Translations under genes and position numbers: made by a program
Notes under the pieces: generated by a model
Database searches by the model: none
What the model was told of the DNA's origin: nothing
What the model saw: only the letters and a program-made list of their open reading frames with translations
Assembly (NCBI RefSeq): GCF_009914755.1
Contig: NC_060939.1
From: the human T2T-CHM13v2.0 reference genome, Homo sapiens
DNA: 64,000 bases
Strand: one strand, 5' to 3'
Shown here: in pieces, positions 18,363-31,220 of the stretch
Layout of the letters: each line of letters starts with the position of its first letter
Position numbering within the stretch: position 1 is the first letter of the stretch

Positions 18363-19009
18363 GAAAACACTAAGTTAAAGCTTCTTTCTGCAACTACTGA
18401 CATTCTGTCTACATGTCTTGCTCTGTCTCACACATTTTGTTGCTTCTGTCTTTTGGCTTTCAGGCATGTGGAAATACTGTTCTTTATGCTCTGAAGTGCA
18501 GAGCTCAGTGCCACCCCCTGAGCTGCCCTGTTGGTTTTAGGTAACATTTTAAGTATACATAAGCCAAAAGGCTGCTTAGGCATGCATCGGGGACCACCTG
18601 TCCTGTACAGCAAGCATCTTTAGTCTTTAGGGCTTAGAAGCTTAGAGGGCTTGTAGCAGTTTTTCAGAGAAATGGACCATGGACAATCTAGATATTTTGC
18701 CTGTTTGGACTGCCAATGGGATGAGTGAAAAGCACTTACATACATACACAAAACAAAGGGACTTCTGAGTTGGACATCCAGGGTTCTAACCTCCACTTGG
18801 CCAAACACCAGCTACCTGACCTCCTGTAAGTTAACTTCCAAGTCTCAGGTTCCTCTCTTGTGAGATGGAAGTGATATTATTTCACAGAGGTTTTTCATCA
18901 GGCTTTGATATAAATAGTTTTTGGAGGGTTGTTGGTTTTCAATAAATAGTAGCTGTGCTTAATTTTTCTAACACATATATGATTTTATATAAATGGCTAA
19001 ATGATATAC

Positions 19010-19527
19010 TAGCTATCTAGTGTGGCATACACATATACCACAAATTTAGCAGCTTAGAACAATATTTCTTATCTTATATTTTCTGTGGGTCAAGAGTTCA
19101 GGCACAGCTTAGCTAAGCTATATCCTCTGCAAGCCTGCAATCAAGGTGTTAGCCAGGCTGGGGTCTCATTTGAAGGTTCAACTGAGGACAGATTGACTTC
19201 CAAGCTCCTGTTGTTGTTGGTAGGATTCAGTTCCTTGCTCTCTGTTGGAAGCTGCCCTCAGTTTCTTGCCACGTGGACCTTTTTACATGGCAGCTTATGT
19301 CATTGAAGCCAACAAAGGAAAAAGTCAATAAAGAGTCTTTTAGCAAGATGGAAGCTACAAGTTAGAAGTAACGTAATTGTGAAAGTGACATCCCATCAAC
19401 TCTGCTACATTCTATTGGTTAGAAATACATCACAGGCCTACCCACATTCAAGAGGAAGAGATTATACAAGGTATGAATACTAGAAAAAAGCAGTAATGTG
19501 GGGCCATGTTAGAGTCTGTCTGTCACA
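19010..19527 (-). mobile_element. MLT1 (F/G-like) MaLR solo LTR
   Basis: MLT1 motifs taccacaaatttagcagctta, ttctgtgggtcaagagttcagg, gacttccaagctc and ttctattggttagaa; ends ...tcaca. Confidence 0.75.
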
Positions 19528-19812
19528 GATGAGGTCAAATCACACATGCTGGATTTTAGTTTATTTTCCCCATGTTTTGCTGTGATTCCTTCATTCCCCT
19601 TTGCATACCCCTTTACCTGGATCATCCTCCGTTGCTATGCACGGGAGATACATTTTAACATGCCAGCATGTATAATCTCATATTTTTCTTCAGATACAGA
19701 TAGATAATGGATATATGAAAACATATATATGTACATATATATGCATGTATGTGCATGTGTGTGTGTATTTCATTTAATAAATGAGATAATATTACACGCT
19801 TGTTTGTGATTT

Positions 19813-21582
19813 TTTACTTTAATTTCTGGAATACATGTGCAGAACATGTAGGTTTGTTACAAAGGTATATGTGTGCCAGAGTGGTTTGCTGCACCTATTA
19901 ACCCATCATCCAGTTTCCTTCTCCTTGCTTCCCACCCCACAAACAGGCCCCAGTGTGTGTTGTTCCCCTCCCTGTGTCCATGTGTTCTCATTGTTCAACT
20001 CTCACTTATGAGGGAGAACATGCGGTGTTTGGTTTTCTGCTCCTGTGTTAATTTGCTGAGGATGATAGCCTCCAGCCTCATCCATATCCCTGCAAAGCAC
20101 ATGATCTCATTGCTTTTTATGGCTGCATAGTATTCCATGGTGTAAACATACCACATTTTCTTTATCCAGTCTATTATTGATTAGCATTTGGGTTGTTTCC
20201 ATGTCTTTACTATTGTGAACAGTGCTGCAATAACATACATGTGCATGTGTCTTTATAGAAGAATGCTTTATATTCCTTTGGGTATATACCCAGTAATGGG
20301 ATTGCTGGGTCAAATGGTATTTCTGGTTCTAGATCCTTGAAGAATCTCCACACTGTCTTCCACAGTGGTTGAAGTAATTTACATTCCCACCAACAGCGTA
20401 AAGCGCTTCCTATTTCTCCACAGCCTTACCAGCATCTATTGTTTCTTGACTTTTTAATAATTGCTCTTCTGACTGGCATGAGATGGTATCTCATTGTGGT
20501 TTTGATTTGCATTTCTCTAATGATCAGTGATGTTGAGCTTTTTTTCATGTTTGTCAGCTGTGTAAACGTCTTCTTTTGAGAAGTGTCTGTTCACATCCTT
20601 TGCCCACTTTTTGATGGGGTTTTTTTTTTCTTGTAAATTTGTTTAAGTTCCATGTAGATTCTGGATATTAGGCCTTTGTCAGATGGGTAAATTGCAAAAT
20701 TTTCCTCCCATTCTGTAAGTTGCCTGTTCACTCTGATGATAGTTTCTTTTGCTTTACAGAAGTTCTTTAATTAGATCCCATTTTTCAGTTTTGGCTTTTG
20801 TTGCAATTGCTTTTGACATTTTTGTGATGAGGTCTTTGCCCATGTATATGTGTTGAATGGTATTGCCTAGGCTTTCTTCTAGGGTTTTTATGGTTTTGGA
20901 TTTTACACTTAAATCTTTAATCCATCTTGAGTTAATTTTTATATAAGGTGTAAGGAAGGGGTCCAGTTTCAGTTTTCTGCATAAGGCTAGCCAGTTTTCC
21001 CAGAACCATTTGTTAAATAGGGAATCCTTTCCCTCATTGCTTGTTTTTGTCACATTTGTTGAAGACCAGATAGTTGTAGATGTGTGGTGTTATTTCTGAG
21101 GTCTCTGTTCTGTCCCATTGGTCTATATGTCTGTTTTGGTACCAATGCTATGCTGTTTTGGTTACTACAGCCTTGTAGTATAGTTTGAAGTTAGGTAGCA
21201 TGATGCCTCCAGCTTTGTTCTTTTTGTTTATGATTGTCTTGGCTATACAGGCTCTTTTTTGGTTCCATGTGAAATTTAAAGAAGTTTTTTTCTATTTTTT
21301 TTCTAATTCTGCGAAGAATGTCAATGGTAGTTTGATGGGAATAGCATTGAATCTATTAATTACTTTGGGCAGTATGGCCATTTTCATAATATTGATTCTT
21401 CCTATCCATGAGGATGGAAAGTTTTTCCATTTGTTTATGTCGTCTCTTATTTCTTTGAACAGTGGTTGGTAGTTCTCCTTGAAGACGTCCTTCACATCCC
21501 TTGTTAGCTGTATTTCTAGATATTTTATTCTCTTTGTAGCAATTGTGAATGGGAGTTTATTCATGATTTGGCTCTCTGCTTT
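19813..21582 (-). mobile_element. 5'-truncated L1PA7/8-like LINE-1, ~1.8 kb
   Basis: ORF2 C-terminal peptides at 20754..21053 and 21292..21600. 3'UTR ttctggaatacatgtgcagaac with an ~40-bp deletion near 19912. Confidence 0.9.
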
Positions 21583-23603
21583 ACTACTGTTTACACCCAT
21601 TTTTTTTTTTTTTGCATTCTGCTTTTCTTGAATACATCATGGAAATGTTTCCAACTCAAGCAATACAGTACTACATTGTATAATGTTCTCTAACACTCAC
21701 AATATCCATTCATTCTACTACCAATAGGAATTCACCAAGCTATCACTCTTTTGGCACAACAAATAATGATGCAATAAATATTCTTGTTCATGTATCTTTA
21801 CCTCCTGCTGCATATTTTCCTCTGGGTTATGTTCCTATAAGTTTCTGGGTCAAAGAATATTTTTAATTTAATAGATATTGCCAGACTGTTTTCAAAAAGA
21901 GCTATAGTAATGCACATTTTTTGCCAGAAGTATATTCAAGTATCCCTTTTTCCCACGAGCAATAGGTGTTATTGCTCTGTTCAATGCCTGCCAGTATCAT
22001 GGGCATAAAGGGATATCTCATTACTTTAATTTGCATTCACTGACAGTTGGTGAGGTTGAGTATCTTAATGTTTGTTGGCCATTTGGAATTGCTTTTTTGT
22101 GCATTGCTTCTTTGCTAATCTTTCTACTGGAATGTTTGAAAGGGTTCTTTACATAAAATAAACTCAGATCATTTATATTAAAAATTTTCCCAGATTCATC
22201 ATTGTTTTCTATTCTTTTTTTTTCTGGAATTTTGCTACATACAAAGGTTCTTAAATTTTGTATGGTCCTTATACATATTTTGCTATGTGCAAATGCTAAA
22301 CAACATATGAGGTGTCTTAAATATTACTTTTATAATGTTTATTGTCTTATTATTTTTTAGCACAATCTTTAATCTTTATAGCATTATTTTATGATTTGGG
22401 TAAAACAAGGATTAACTGTGTTTTCTTCTGGAGGGATAGCCAGTTATGCCTGTACCATTTGTAAATAATCTATGTTTTCTTACTGGTTCAAATATTAATG
22501 TCATTGTGTATTACATTTTCACATATTTTTACATATAGTTCTGGATTTTCCAATCTGTTACACTAATCTATGTGTCTGTTAATATGCCAATACAATGAGA
22601 AACTGATTTGAATGGATATTTTGAATCATCTTTTATATAAGTCATATTGTCCATTTCTAGTTTTCTTTTGCACGCTTTTCTTGGCAATTCTCTGGCTTTC
22701 ATTTATGTAAGTGCTTAGAATAATTTTATCCAGTTATTAAAAAATATATACTAGAATTATAATTGGCATTGTATTAAACTATGCATTGATTTCAGAAGAA
22801 TTGGCATTTTTATAAAATTTTTCAATCACTGGGTGTCTATTTGTTCAGATCTTCATTTATATCATTTAATACAAATTTGTAAAAATTTAAATCATAAAAT
22901 TTTCTGTTACTTTCTTATGTTTATTCCTAAGATTTTATATTTTTTGCCATTATGAATGTAATTTTTGTTCTGCTTTAATTTCTGGATGCTTATTGATATA
23001 TCAAAGATATTCTTTTTGTAATTTTATCACATCACAAACCACCTTACCAAATTCTTTTTAATCAAAGGAGAACTTTTTAACTATACTCTAGCGAGTTTTC
23101 TAGGTATCAAATAATTTTATCTAAAAGAGATAGGTTTATCACTTATCCCTTATATTTGTACTTTTTCATTTTTCTACTTCATTTTTAGAACCTCCAAGAA
23201 AATATTGACTAACAACAGGCATCTATATCTAGTCCTTGATTTAATAGTAAAATAATTTTACTGATTTGTGATTGAAATAATATTTGCTATTGACTGTTGG
23301 CAAATTTAATTAATATATTGGTAGTCCCATTTTGCTTTCTAAAGAATGGCTAATGACTTTTTTCATTTGCTTTCCTGAAAGAAATGCTGTTTCTTCATAG
23401 TATGACAATACCTTTATGTATCTTCATAAAATCTACTAGTTTATATTTTAGATATTTTTCGTGTATATTTATACATTTTTGCATTTGTATTTAAAAATAA
23501 TCTTGATTTACTTTAGAATTTTTTCATGTGTATTTTATACTTTTTGCATGTGTATTTATAAATAATATTCCTGATTTACTTTATCTAATATTCATTTACT
23601 TTA

Positions 23604-23919
<316 letters not shown>

Positions 23920-24250
23920 AGCTTTACTGAAATGCAATTTACATACTATAAAATTCACCCATTTTATATATACAATTCAATGACTTTTAGTAAATTTATA
24001 ATTGTACAACCATCACCACAATCCAGTTTCCATCACCTTGAAAAGATGTGCCCATGTGCAGCCAATTTCTGTTCCTCCAGTTCCAGGCCACCACTAACCT
24101 GTTTTCTGTGTCTACAGAAACAGAACATTTTATGTAAATAAATCTTACACTATGTGGTCTCCACGTCTTGCTTCTTTCGCTTGACATAATGTTTTTCAGG
24201 TCATGCATGTTTCAGCATGTATTACTATTTCATTCTTTTTTATTGTTGAA
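23920..24250 (-). mobile_element. L1MB 3' end fragment
   Basis: gctttactgaaatgcaatttacatactataaaattcaccc is the reverse complement of an L1MB 3' terminus. Confidence 0.75.
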
Positions 24251-26546
24251 TCAACTTTCTTTTTAAAAAAATGTATCTATTTGAATTTTGGAATTAAAGC
24301 TAAAAAGCCTTCTTAAAATGATCTGAGAAAATTTTTCATCTTTTTGGTGGTGTGTAATAGTTTTTCCCTAAAGATGAGATAGAATTTTGCTATGAACCCA
24401 TGTGATGACTTTTTCAGTATGAGATATGTAATTGTTTATTCATTTTTTATAGTAATTGATCAATTTAAGTTGTCACTTTTGGGGGGATAAATTTTAATAA
24501 CATCTTTTTCTAAAAAATAATCCATTCTCCTAAGATTTCAAATGTTTGTCATGTATTCTGTTATCCTGTTAATTTTTTCTCTACCATTGTGTTTGTGATA
24601 ATACATTTTTTTCAGTCTTAATCCTGTACTTTGTTTTTTCCCTTTATTGCTCCTTTTCCTCCTCCTCCTCCTCAAATTCCTCCTATTTCTTCTTTTAGGT
24701 ATCTCATCAGGCTCATGAGGTATTTTATAATTTTTCAAGCAATATCTGTTTTAACGTCTATAACCTTTTTGCTATTTTTAGCATTAATTTTAATTAATTT
24801 CAACTTTTTAAAATAAATTCTTTCTTCTTAGTCTTTTTTTTTGGTTGTCTTGTTTTGTTGATGTTCTTTTTCTAAAATCATGAGATGAGTAATTTAGATT
24901 CAATTTAGATTTTGTTATTATATTTTTATTTACAATTTCATCAAAATGCTGTTTTATATTTTTGTTAAATACTCTTTTCATTGCTTTCTGGAGTCTGTGT
25001 TGTTGGTTTGATCTTCTTAATGATTTAAGGAATATCTATTCCAATATCTATTGGAATTGTTTCTCAATTTCCAAGTGGATGACATTATTCTGGTAATCTT
25101 TGAATGTTATATTTGGCCTATCAAATCTTCTTGGCAATCAGGTTTAGCTCAATTTATGTAAATGTCCCATGAACCTACAGAAAATGAATATTATTTCTTT
25201 TACGCATATATGGGCCTACATTATTGAATATAATTACTATATTATTAATTTCCTTCATGTCCTTAATTTTCTCTGATTTCAAAATTAGTGAAATATTCTC
25301 CTACATTGAAGGCTTATCAAATTCTCCTTGATTTTCTAACAGATTTATACATATAGCCGTTATTTAGTATGTAGAAGTTTATGATAGAAGTATCTTCAAC
25401 ATTAGTTATCTTTATTATCATTATATTATGCCCCTCTGTTTGGTGTTTTTAATAGTTCATTTCACCTAGATTGTATTAGGTAAAATGTAATTGCCACTTC
25501 TGCTGTTAGTTTTGTTCTCATTTGCCTAATATCTCTCTTTATCTCTTACTTTTTTAATTTTAAAAATGTATTAAATATATATTTTTAAATAACTAGCACA
25601 TTTTCATCCAATTTTTAACACTATCAATCTCTTGCTTCTAATGGAAGAATTTAATTCATTTCTAAATTTATACATTAATTGTATTCCTGCCATCTTTATA
25701 TTTACTACCTAATGTCTTTAGTCATTTCCTTTTTTATTTTCCCTGGTTTTGGTTTGTTTGTTTTTTTCACCAATTTACTAAAGTTGGTATTTATTTCATT
25801 TCTTGACTTTTAAATTTAGAAACTGTAGTACACGCTTTACATTCTAACTGATCACTTTCCCTTTTCAAGGACTCATAATCGGACCCTATTTATCTACTAA
25901 TATGATTCGCACTCTTTCCTATACCTAATATTCCATTAACCTCATCTCCTTACCCTTCTATGAGATGAAATCTTACACTACTTTTATCTTTCTTCTTTCC
26001 TTCTTGCCACTGTTCAAGTCTCACACGGACGACATTTTTAGAATACTTCTTCCCTTTCCCTGCCATCTACCAACCGACTCTGGTTTCACAGAGCTAATGA
26101 AATATGTTCAGATGTAATCTATTATAATTTCCTTGCAGATGCTCCATTTTAATAAACCATATTATTATTCTATTTCACATTACTAGAAAGTCTGTCACCA
26201 TCCATTTAGATTTATATGTGTAAACCAGGGTTCTTTGCTCACCACATTTCTCTCTTCCTCCCTTTTCCTTACCTTGAGATCTCTATTATGATGGATCTGT
26301 TTGTTGGAGTTGGTCATTGAGTGTTTTCTTCTGATGGACTGAGCGATCTATTCTTTGAATTCTAATGTCTTTGTAAATATATTTCTTTTACTCCCAAGAG
26401 ACAAATAATAACTTGACTAGGCACAGGATAGTTTAGTTGTAGTCCTTCCTCTCAGTAGTCTTCAAATATTATCCCAAACTCATCTAGCTTCCAGCCTTTT
26501 AGACAATCAGAGAGCAATGGCGGTCTCATTTTTCCATTATAAACAT

Positions 26547-26947
26547 TGTTATGTACAAAATTGTGTCCCACAAAATGTTGTATGTTGAAGCCCAATTCCA
26601 ATGCAATACATTTGGAGATAGGGCCTTTTGGGAGGTAACAGAGGTTAAACGACATCATTAGGGTGTGGTCATAATCAAATAGGACTGATAGAAAGAGAAA
26701 AAGATGCCAGATCTCTCTGTCTCTCTGTCTGTCTCTTCCTCTCTCTCTTTCTTTGCTTGTGCACCCAGAGGAAAGGCAACGTGAGGACAGAGCTGTCTGC
26801 AAGCCAGAAAGAGGCATCACTAGAAACCATCTCTCCTGATGCTTTGATCTTGAACTTCTGGCCACAAGAACTGTGAGGAAATAAATTCATGTTGTTTAAG
26901 CCAACAAGTCTGTCATTCTGTCATGGTAGCCCAGGCCAAGTAATACA
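26547..26947 (+). mobile_element. MLT1A/B-like MaLR solo LTR
   Basis: TG...CA termini; tttggagatagggcctt, ttgatcttgaacttc, agaactgtgag and gttgtttaagcca motifs. Confidence 0.85.
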
Positions 26948-27474
26948 GGTCCTTTTTGCTTTTTATCTGAAAGCACTGGAACTCTATAATTTTATTAGAA
27001 TGAACTTAAGTGGGTGTGTCTTTTATCACCAAATCTCACTGGAACTTCTGTCATTTTAATTTGCCCTACCCACATCCCTCAGGGAAATCTTCCTATAGGC
27101 ACTTATTGCTTCTCTCTCTCTTTTTTTTAATCCTCCTGAAATCCTATTATTTGTACTTTCGGTCGCTGAGGTTTATTCTCCAAATCTCTTATCTGTTATC
27201 TCATGTTTTTCATCTCTGTGTAATTTGAGATGTTTCTTCCAAATAGTGTTTCAGGTTATGAATTTAGGTCTCGGCAGTGATTGACTATCCTCTCAACCAA
27301 TTTATTTGTTACTTTTTGTTTATTTCAGAAATCATGGTTTAGAAGACCTAGACAAGTATTCTGAGTACTGCACTACAATCTCTTGTTTTATTCAAGAAAT
27401 TCAAACACATCTGCCATTTTTCTGTTTCCATAAAAAGTCTAGTTCCACCCAACTGACATCATAATATATTCCTA

Positions 27475-28440
27475 CATTCTTCATTCAAAAAAATAACATA
27501 ACTAATATTGTCCAGGGTATCTGTAGATGGGTATAGGGTACTTAGTTAAGAAAATTAACATAATTATTACCCTCATTGAGTTTATAGTCCAGTGGTATAA
27601 ACAGGCATCATACAAACCCATAAATGAATATCTGCAAACAAATTTTAAGATATGCCATAAAAGAAAATAAGAGTACAAGATAAAATAACAGGGCAGGGTA
27701 GTGGTATAGTAATAATTACTGTAAATAACATGGCTGTGAAAACTTCTCTGAGAAGTGAAATTTAATCCAAGAATAAAGGATGAGTTGGGAGACTAAGATT
27801 TAAGTGGAAAAAGATTAAAGAAAAAGTTTATAAAGATAGTGAGCAAGGAATTGAAAGGAGGCCACCACAACTGAAACAAGCTGGGCTTTGAAGGTTGCTG
27901 TGGTGTGAATGTGTCCCTCAAATTTCATGTGTTGGAAACTTAATCCCCAAATTCTTACATTAATTGGTGGTGGGGGTCTCTGGAACATAATTAGGATTAG
28001 ATGAGGTCATAAGAATATGGCCCTGATGATGGGACTGGTAGCTTTATAAGAAGAGGGAGAGAGACCTGAGCAGGACTGCTCTTGTCCCCTCACCATGTGA
28101 TATCCAGTGCTGTCTCAGGACTTTGCTGAGAGTTCTCATCAGCAAGAAGGGCCTCACCAGATACAGTCTCTTAAACTTGGACACTTGGACTTCTCAGCCT
28201 CTGGAACTGTAAGAAGTAAATTTATTTTTTTTTATAAATTACCCAGTCTTGGGTATTCAGTTACAGCAACCAAAAAAAAAAAAAAAAAAAAAAAAAAGAA
28301 AGACAGGCATTGTGTAACAGTGTAGTATTCACTGTAAGAGCATGAAAAGTCATTGTCATTTTTAAGAGCAGAGTAATATCATCCCACTTTCATATAAAAA
28401 GGATGACTCTGGAGGTTGTTTGAAGAATAGACTGGAGTGA
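27475..28440 (-). mobile_element. L2 fragment, interrupted by an MST LTR
   Basis: Antisense L2 motifs (ttcattcaa, ccctcattgagtttatagtccagtgg, actctggaggttgtttgaagaatagactgga). Confidence 0.6.
27896..28304 (+). mobile_element. MST (MaLR) solo LTR with an expanded A-tract near its 3' end
   Basis: tgctgtggtgtgaatgtgtccc...gttggaaacttaatcccc; ttggacttctcagcctc; ataaattacccagtc; ends aagaca. Confidence 0.85.
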
Positions 28441-28490
28441 ATGAATCATGGCAATTTATAAGGAAACCTGAGATTTTAGAGTTATCTAAA

Positions 28491-28710
28491 CCAAAGGTTA
28501 GCAAACTTTTTCCATAAATGACAAAACAGTAAATATTTTAGGCTTTGGATTACATATGGTCTCTGTTGTAACTCAACCACTACTGCAGCATGTAAACTGC
28601 CACAGATAATATATAAATGAATGACTATAGCTGTGTTTTGTTAAATTTTATTAAAAGGAACAGGTAGTAAAGCTAAATTTGGCCTGCAAGTTGTAGTTTG
28701 CTGATTCCTG
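28491..28710 (-). mobile_element. MER58A (hAT-Charlie) DNA transposon
   Basis: Terminal inverted repeats caaaggttagcaaact ... agtttgctgattcctg; internal gtaaatattttaggcttt. Confidence 0.85.
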
Positions 28711-30244
28711 ATGTAAACATTTAGAAATTCCTTTCACTCATGCCAAAAGATTATCACTAAGATGTTAATTCTGAAGTTCTGTGATGTATCCCATAGACTA
28801 ATCACAGTGACTGGCACGTGGTAGTTGTTCAGCAAATACTTGCTGAAAAAATAATCAGTGTAAAGAACCATAATATTTAAACTTGTCTAATCAGAAAACA
28901 AATTTGTTTAGTCATTCCCTTGGCTTGGTGTCACTAAACCAGCTTTCTGCCCATATCAGAGCATATTGCAGAGTGACTAAAAGTAAGCAGTGCTGGACAA
29001 TTAGCTTAACGGGTAAGATATTTCAAATTTGCCTTGGCTTGTAATCCTTTCTAATATTCTATATTTCCTTATCAATAAAGAGAGTCTACATATGAAAGAA
29101 CTGCATCCCCATTTATCTTAGAATACATTACAGTCTACTTTTGATGTTAGGATACAGTGAAATAGATTCAAGTTCTTCACTTATTCCCTATTTGATATAT
29201 AAAATTTATGTAGTAATGTTATTAATCTTATGAAATTTGAATGCTGGATAATTGGAGGGTATATGGGTCTAAGCAGCATTCCCAACACCAAGATGTTGGG
29301 AGAGTATGGGAAAATCTGGTGCATACATTACCAATGAGTAGGAGACATGTTCTAAATTCCAAGACCCCACAAACAGAATACATGATTACTAGATAGGACC
29401 TTGAAGGTTGAGCAACTCTGAACTGGGGATGATTTTGAAATCAACGCGTCCATTACCCCCACTTTCTTGAAAATAGTCCTCTCTGTGCTTATTATGAGAT
29501 GTCACTTGTGAAGGTGACAGGTGTTTGCTAGGCTGAGATGAAGACTGGGAAAGATGTTGCAATGTTTATAAAAGCTTACTCTGTGTAAACCTTTCTCAGA
29601 ATTTATTCCTTTTTAGGTCAGCTTAAGATGTCATATACGAGGGACACCATGGCCTATAAAAACTCATAAGAATCTGCCAGCCAGGTTGGACTTTTTCCTC
29701 ATTATAGTCCTTGAGAGACGCCAGGAATCATAGCTATGAGCACTATTTATTATTTATTTATTTTACTTGTAAGAAAAACATCACTACCAACTCATGGTAA
29801 GCTCGTATAATTATAATAGCTTATTTTTCAAACCTTGAGAAGCTTTTTAAAAATTTTTCAAATTACAAAATAAATGTGTTTTCACAGAAGAAAATTTTCA
29901 AAATGCACATGTAAAAATAAAAAAAATACCACCATGTATTTTTTCGAAATCAGTATCATGGTGAAAGCATTATTTGTGACCTGCTTTTAAAAACTTTATA
30001 ATACAGCATACGCATGTCATTAACAATTCTTCTAAATATCAAAATACATTCGACAAATCATATATCTTTGGATACACTGGATACATTGGTTGACGCTAGG
30101 TTTTTACTATTACAAATGATAGTATAAAGAATATTTTTGTATAATATATTAATTTCCTAAGCATTTTCTTAGCATAAATTTAGACTTGACCCACGCCTCT
30201 AAATTACCCTGCATAGAGTTAATGATGTATTTATCCCAGCAGTG

Positions 30245-30769
30245 TTAAGAGATTAGCAGTTTTAATATAATTTCACCAAAACTGAATCTTGTCTTCAGTT
30301 TTTTTTTTTTTTCAAAGAGACAATAAGGGGGGGAGGAGCCAAGATGGCTGAATAGGAACAGCTCCAGTCTACAGCTCCCAGCGTGAGCGACGCAGAAGAC
30401 GGGTGATTTCTGCATTTCCATCTGAGGTACCGGGTTCATCTCACTAGGGAGTGCCAAACAGTGGGCGCAGGTCAGTGGGTGCGCAAGCCAAAGCAGGGCG
30501 AGGCATTGCCTCACTCGGGAAGCGCAAGGGGTCAGGGAGTTCCCTTTCCTAGTCAAAGAAAGGGGTGACAGACAGCACCTGGAAAATTGGGTCACCCCCA
30601 CCCGAATATTGCGCTTTTCCCACAGGCTTAAAAAACAGCGCACCAGGAGATTACATCCCGCACCTGGCTTGCAGGGTCCCAAGCCCACAGAGTCTAGCTG
30701 ACTGCTAGCACAGCAGTCTGAGATCAAACTGCAAGGCGGCAGCGAGGCTGGGGGAGGGGCTCTCGCCAT
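30245..30769 (-). CDS. L1 ORF0-like antisense ORF running out into flanking DNA (174 aa)
   Basis: MARAPPPASLPPCSLISDCCAS matches the ORF0 N-terminus. The frame stays open to a stop at 30245, outside the element. Confidence 0.5.
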   Translation of the reverse strand: MARAPPPASLPPCSLISDCCASSQLDSVGLGPCKPGAGCNLLVRCFLSLWEKRNIRVGVTQFSRCCLSPLSLTRKGNSLTPCASRVRQCLALLWLAHPLTCAHCLALPSEMNPVPQMEMQKSPVFCVAHAGSCRLELFLFSHLGSSPPYCLFEKKKKLKTRFSFGEIILKLLIS

Positions 30770-31220
30770 TGCCCAGGCTTGCTTAGGTAAACAAAGCAGC
30801 CAGGAAGCTCCAACTGGGTGGAGCCCACCACAGCTCAAGGAGGCCTGCCTGCCTCTGTAGGCTCCACCTCTGGGGGCAGGGCACAGACAAACAAAAAGAC
30901 AGCAGTAACCTCTACAGACTTAAATGTCCCTGTCTGACAGCTTTGAAGAGAGCAGTGGTTCTCCCAGCACGCAGCTGGAGATCTGAGAACGGGCAGACTG
31001 CCTCAAGTGGGTCCCTGACCCCTGACCCCCCAGCAGCCTAACTGGGAGGCACCCCCCAGCAGGCGCAGACTGACACCTCACACGGCCGGGTACTCCAACA
31101 GACCTGCAGCTGAGGGTCGTGTCTGTTAGAAGGAAAACTAACAAACAGAAAGGACATCCACACTAAAACCCATCTGTACATCACCATCATCAAAGACCAA
31201 AAGTAGATAAAACCACAAAG
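30328..31220 (+). promoter_or_regulatory. L1 5'UTR internal sense promoter and antisense promoter
   Basis: YY1 core CAAGATGGC at ~30340-30348 and a partly retained CpG-rich region. The promoter function is established for this family, not shown for this copy. Confidence 0.75.

Noticed and set aside
23452-23583. ~65-bp degenerate tandem duplication
   Set aside because: Ordinary AT-rich local duplication inside a decayed L1.
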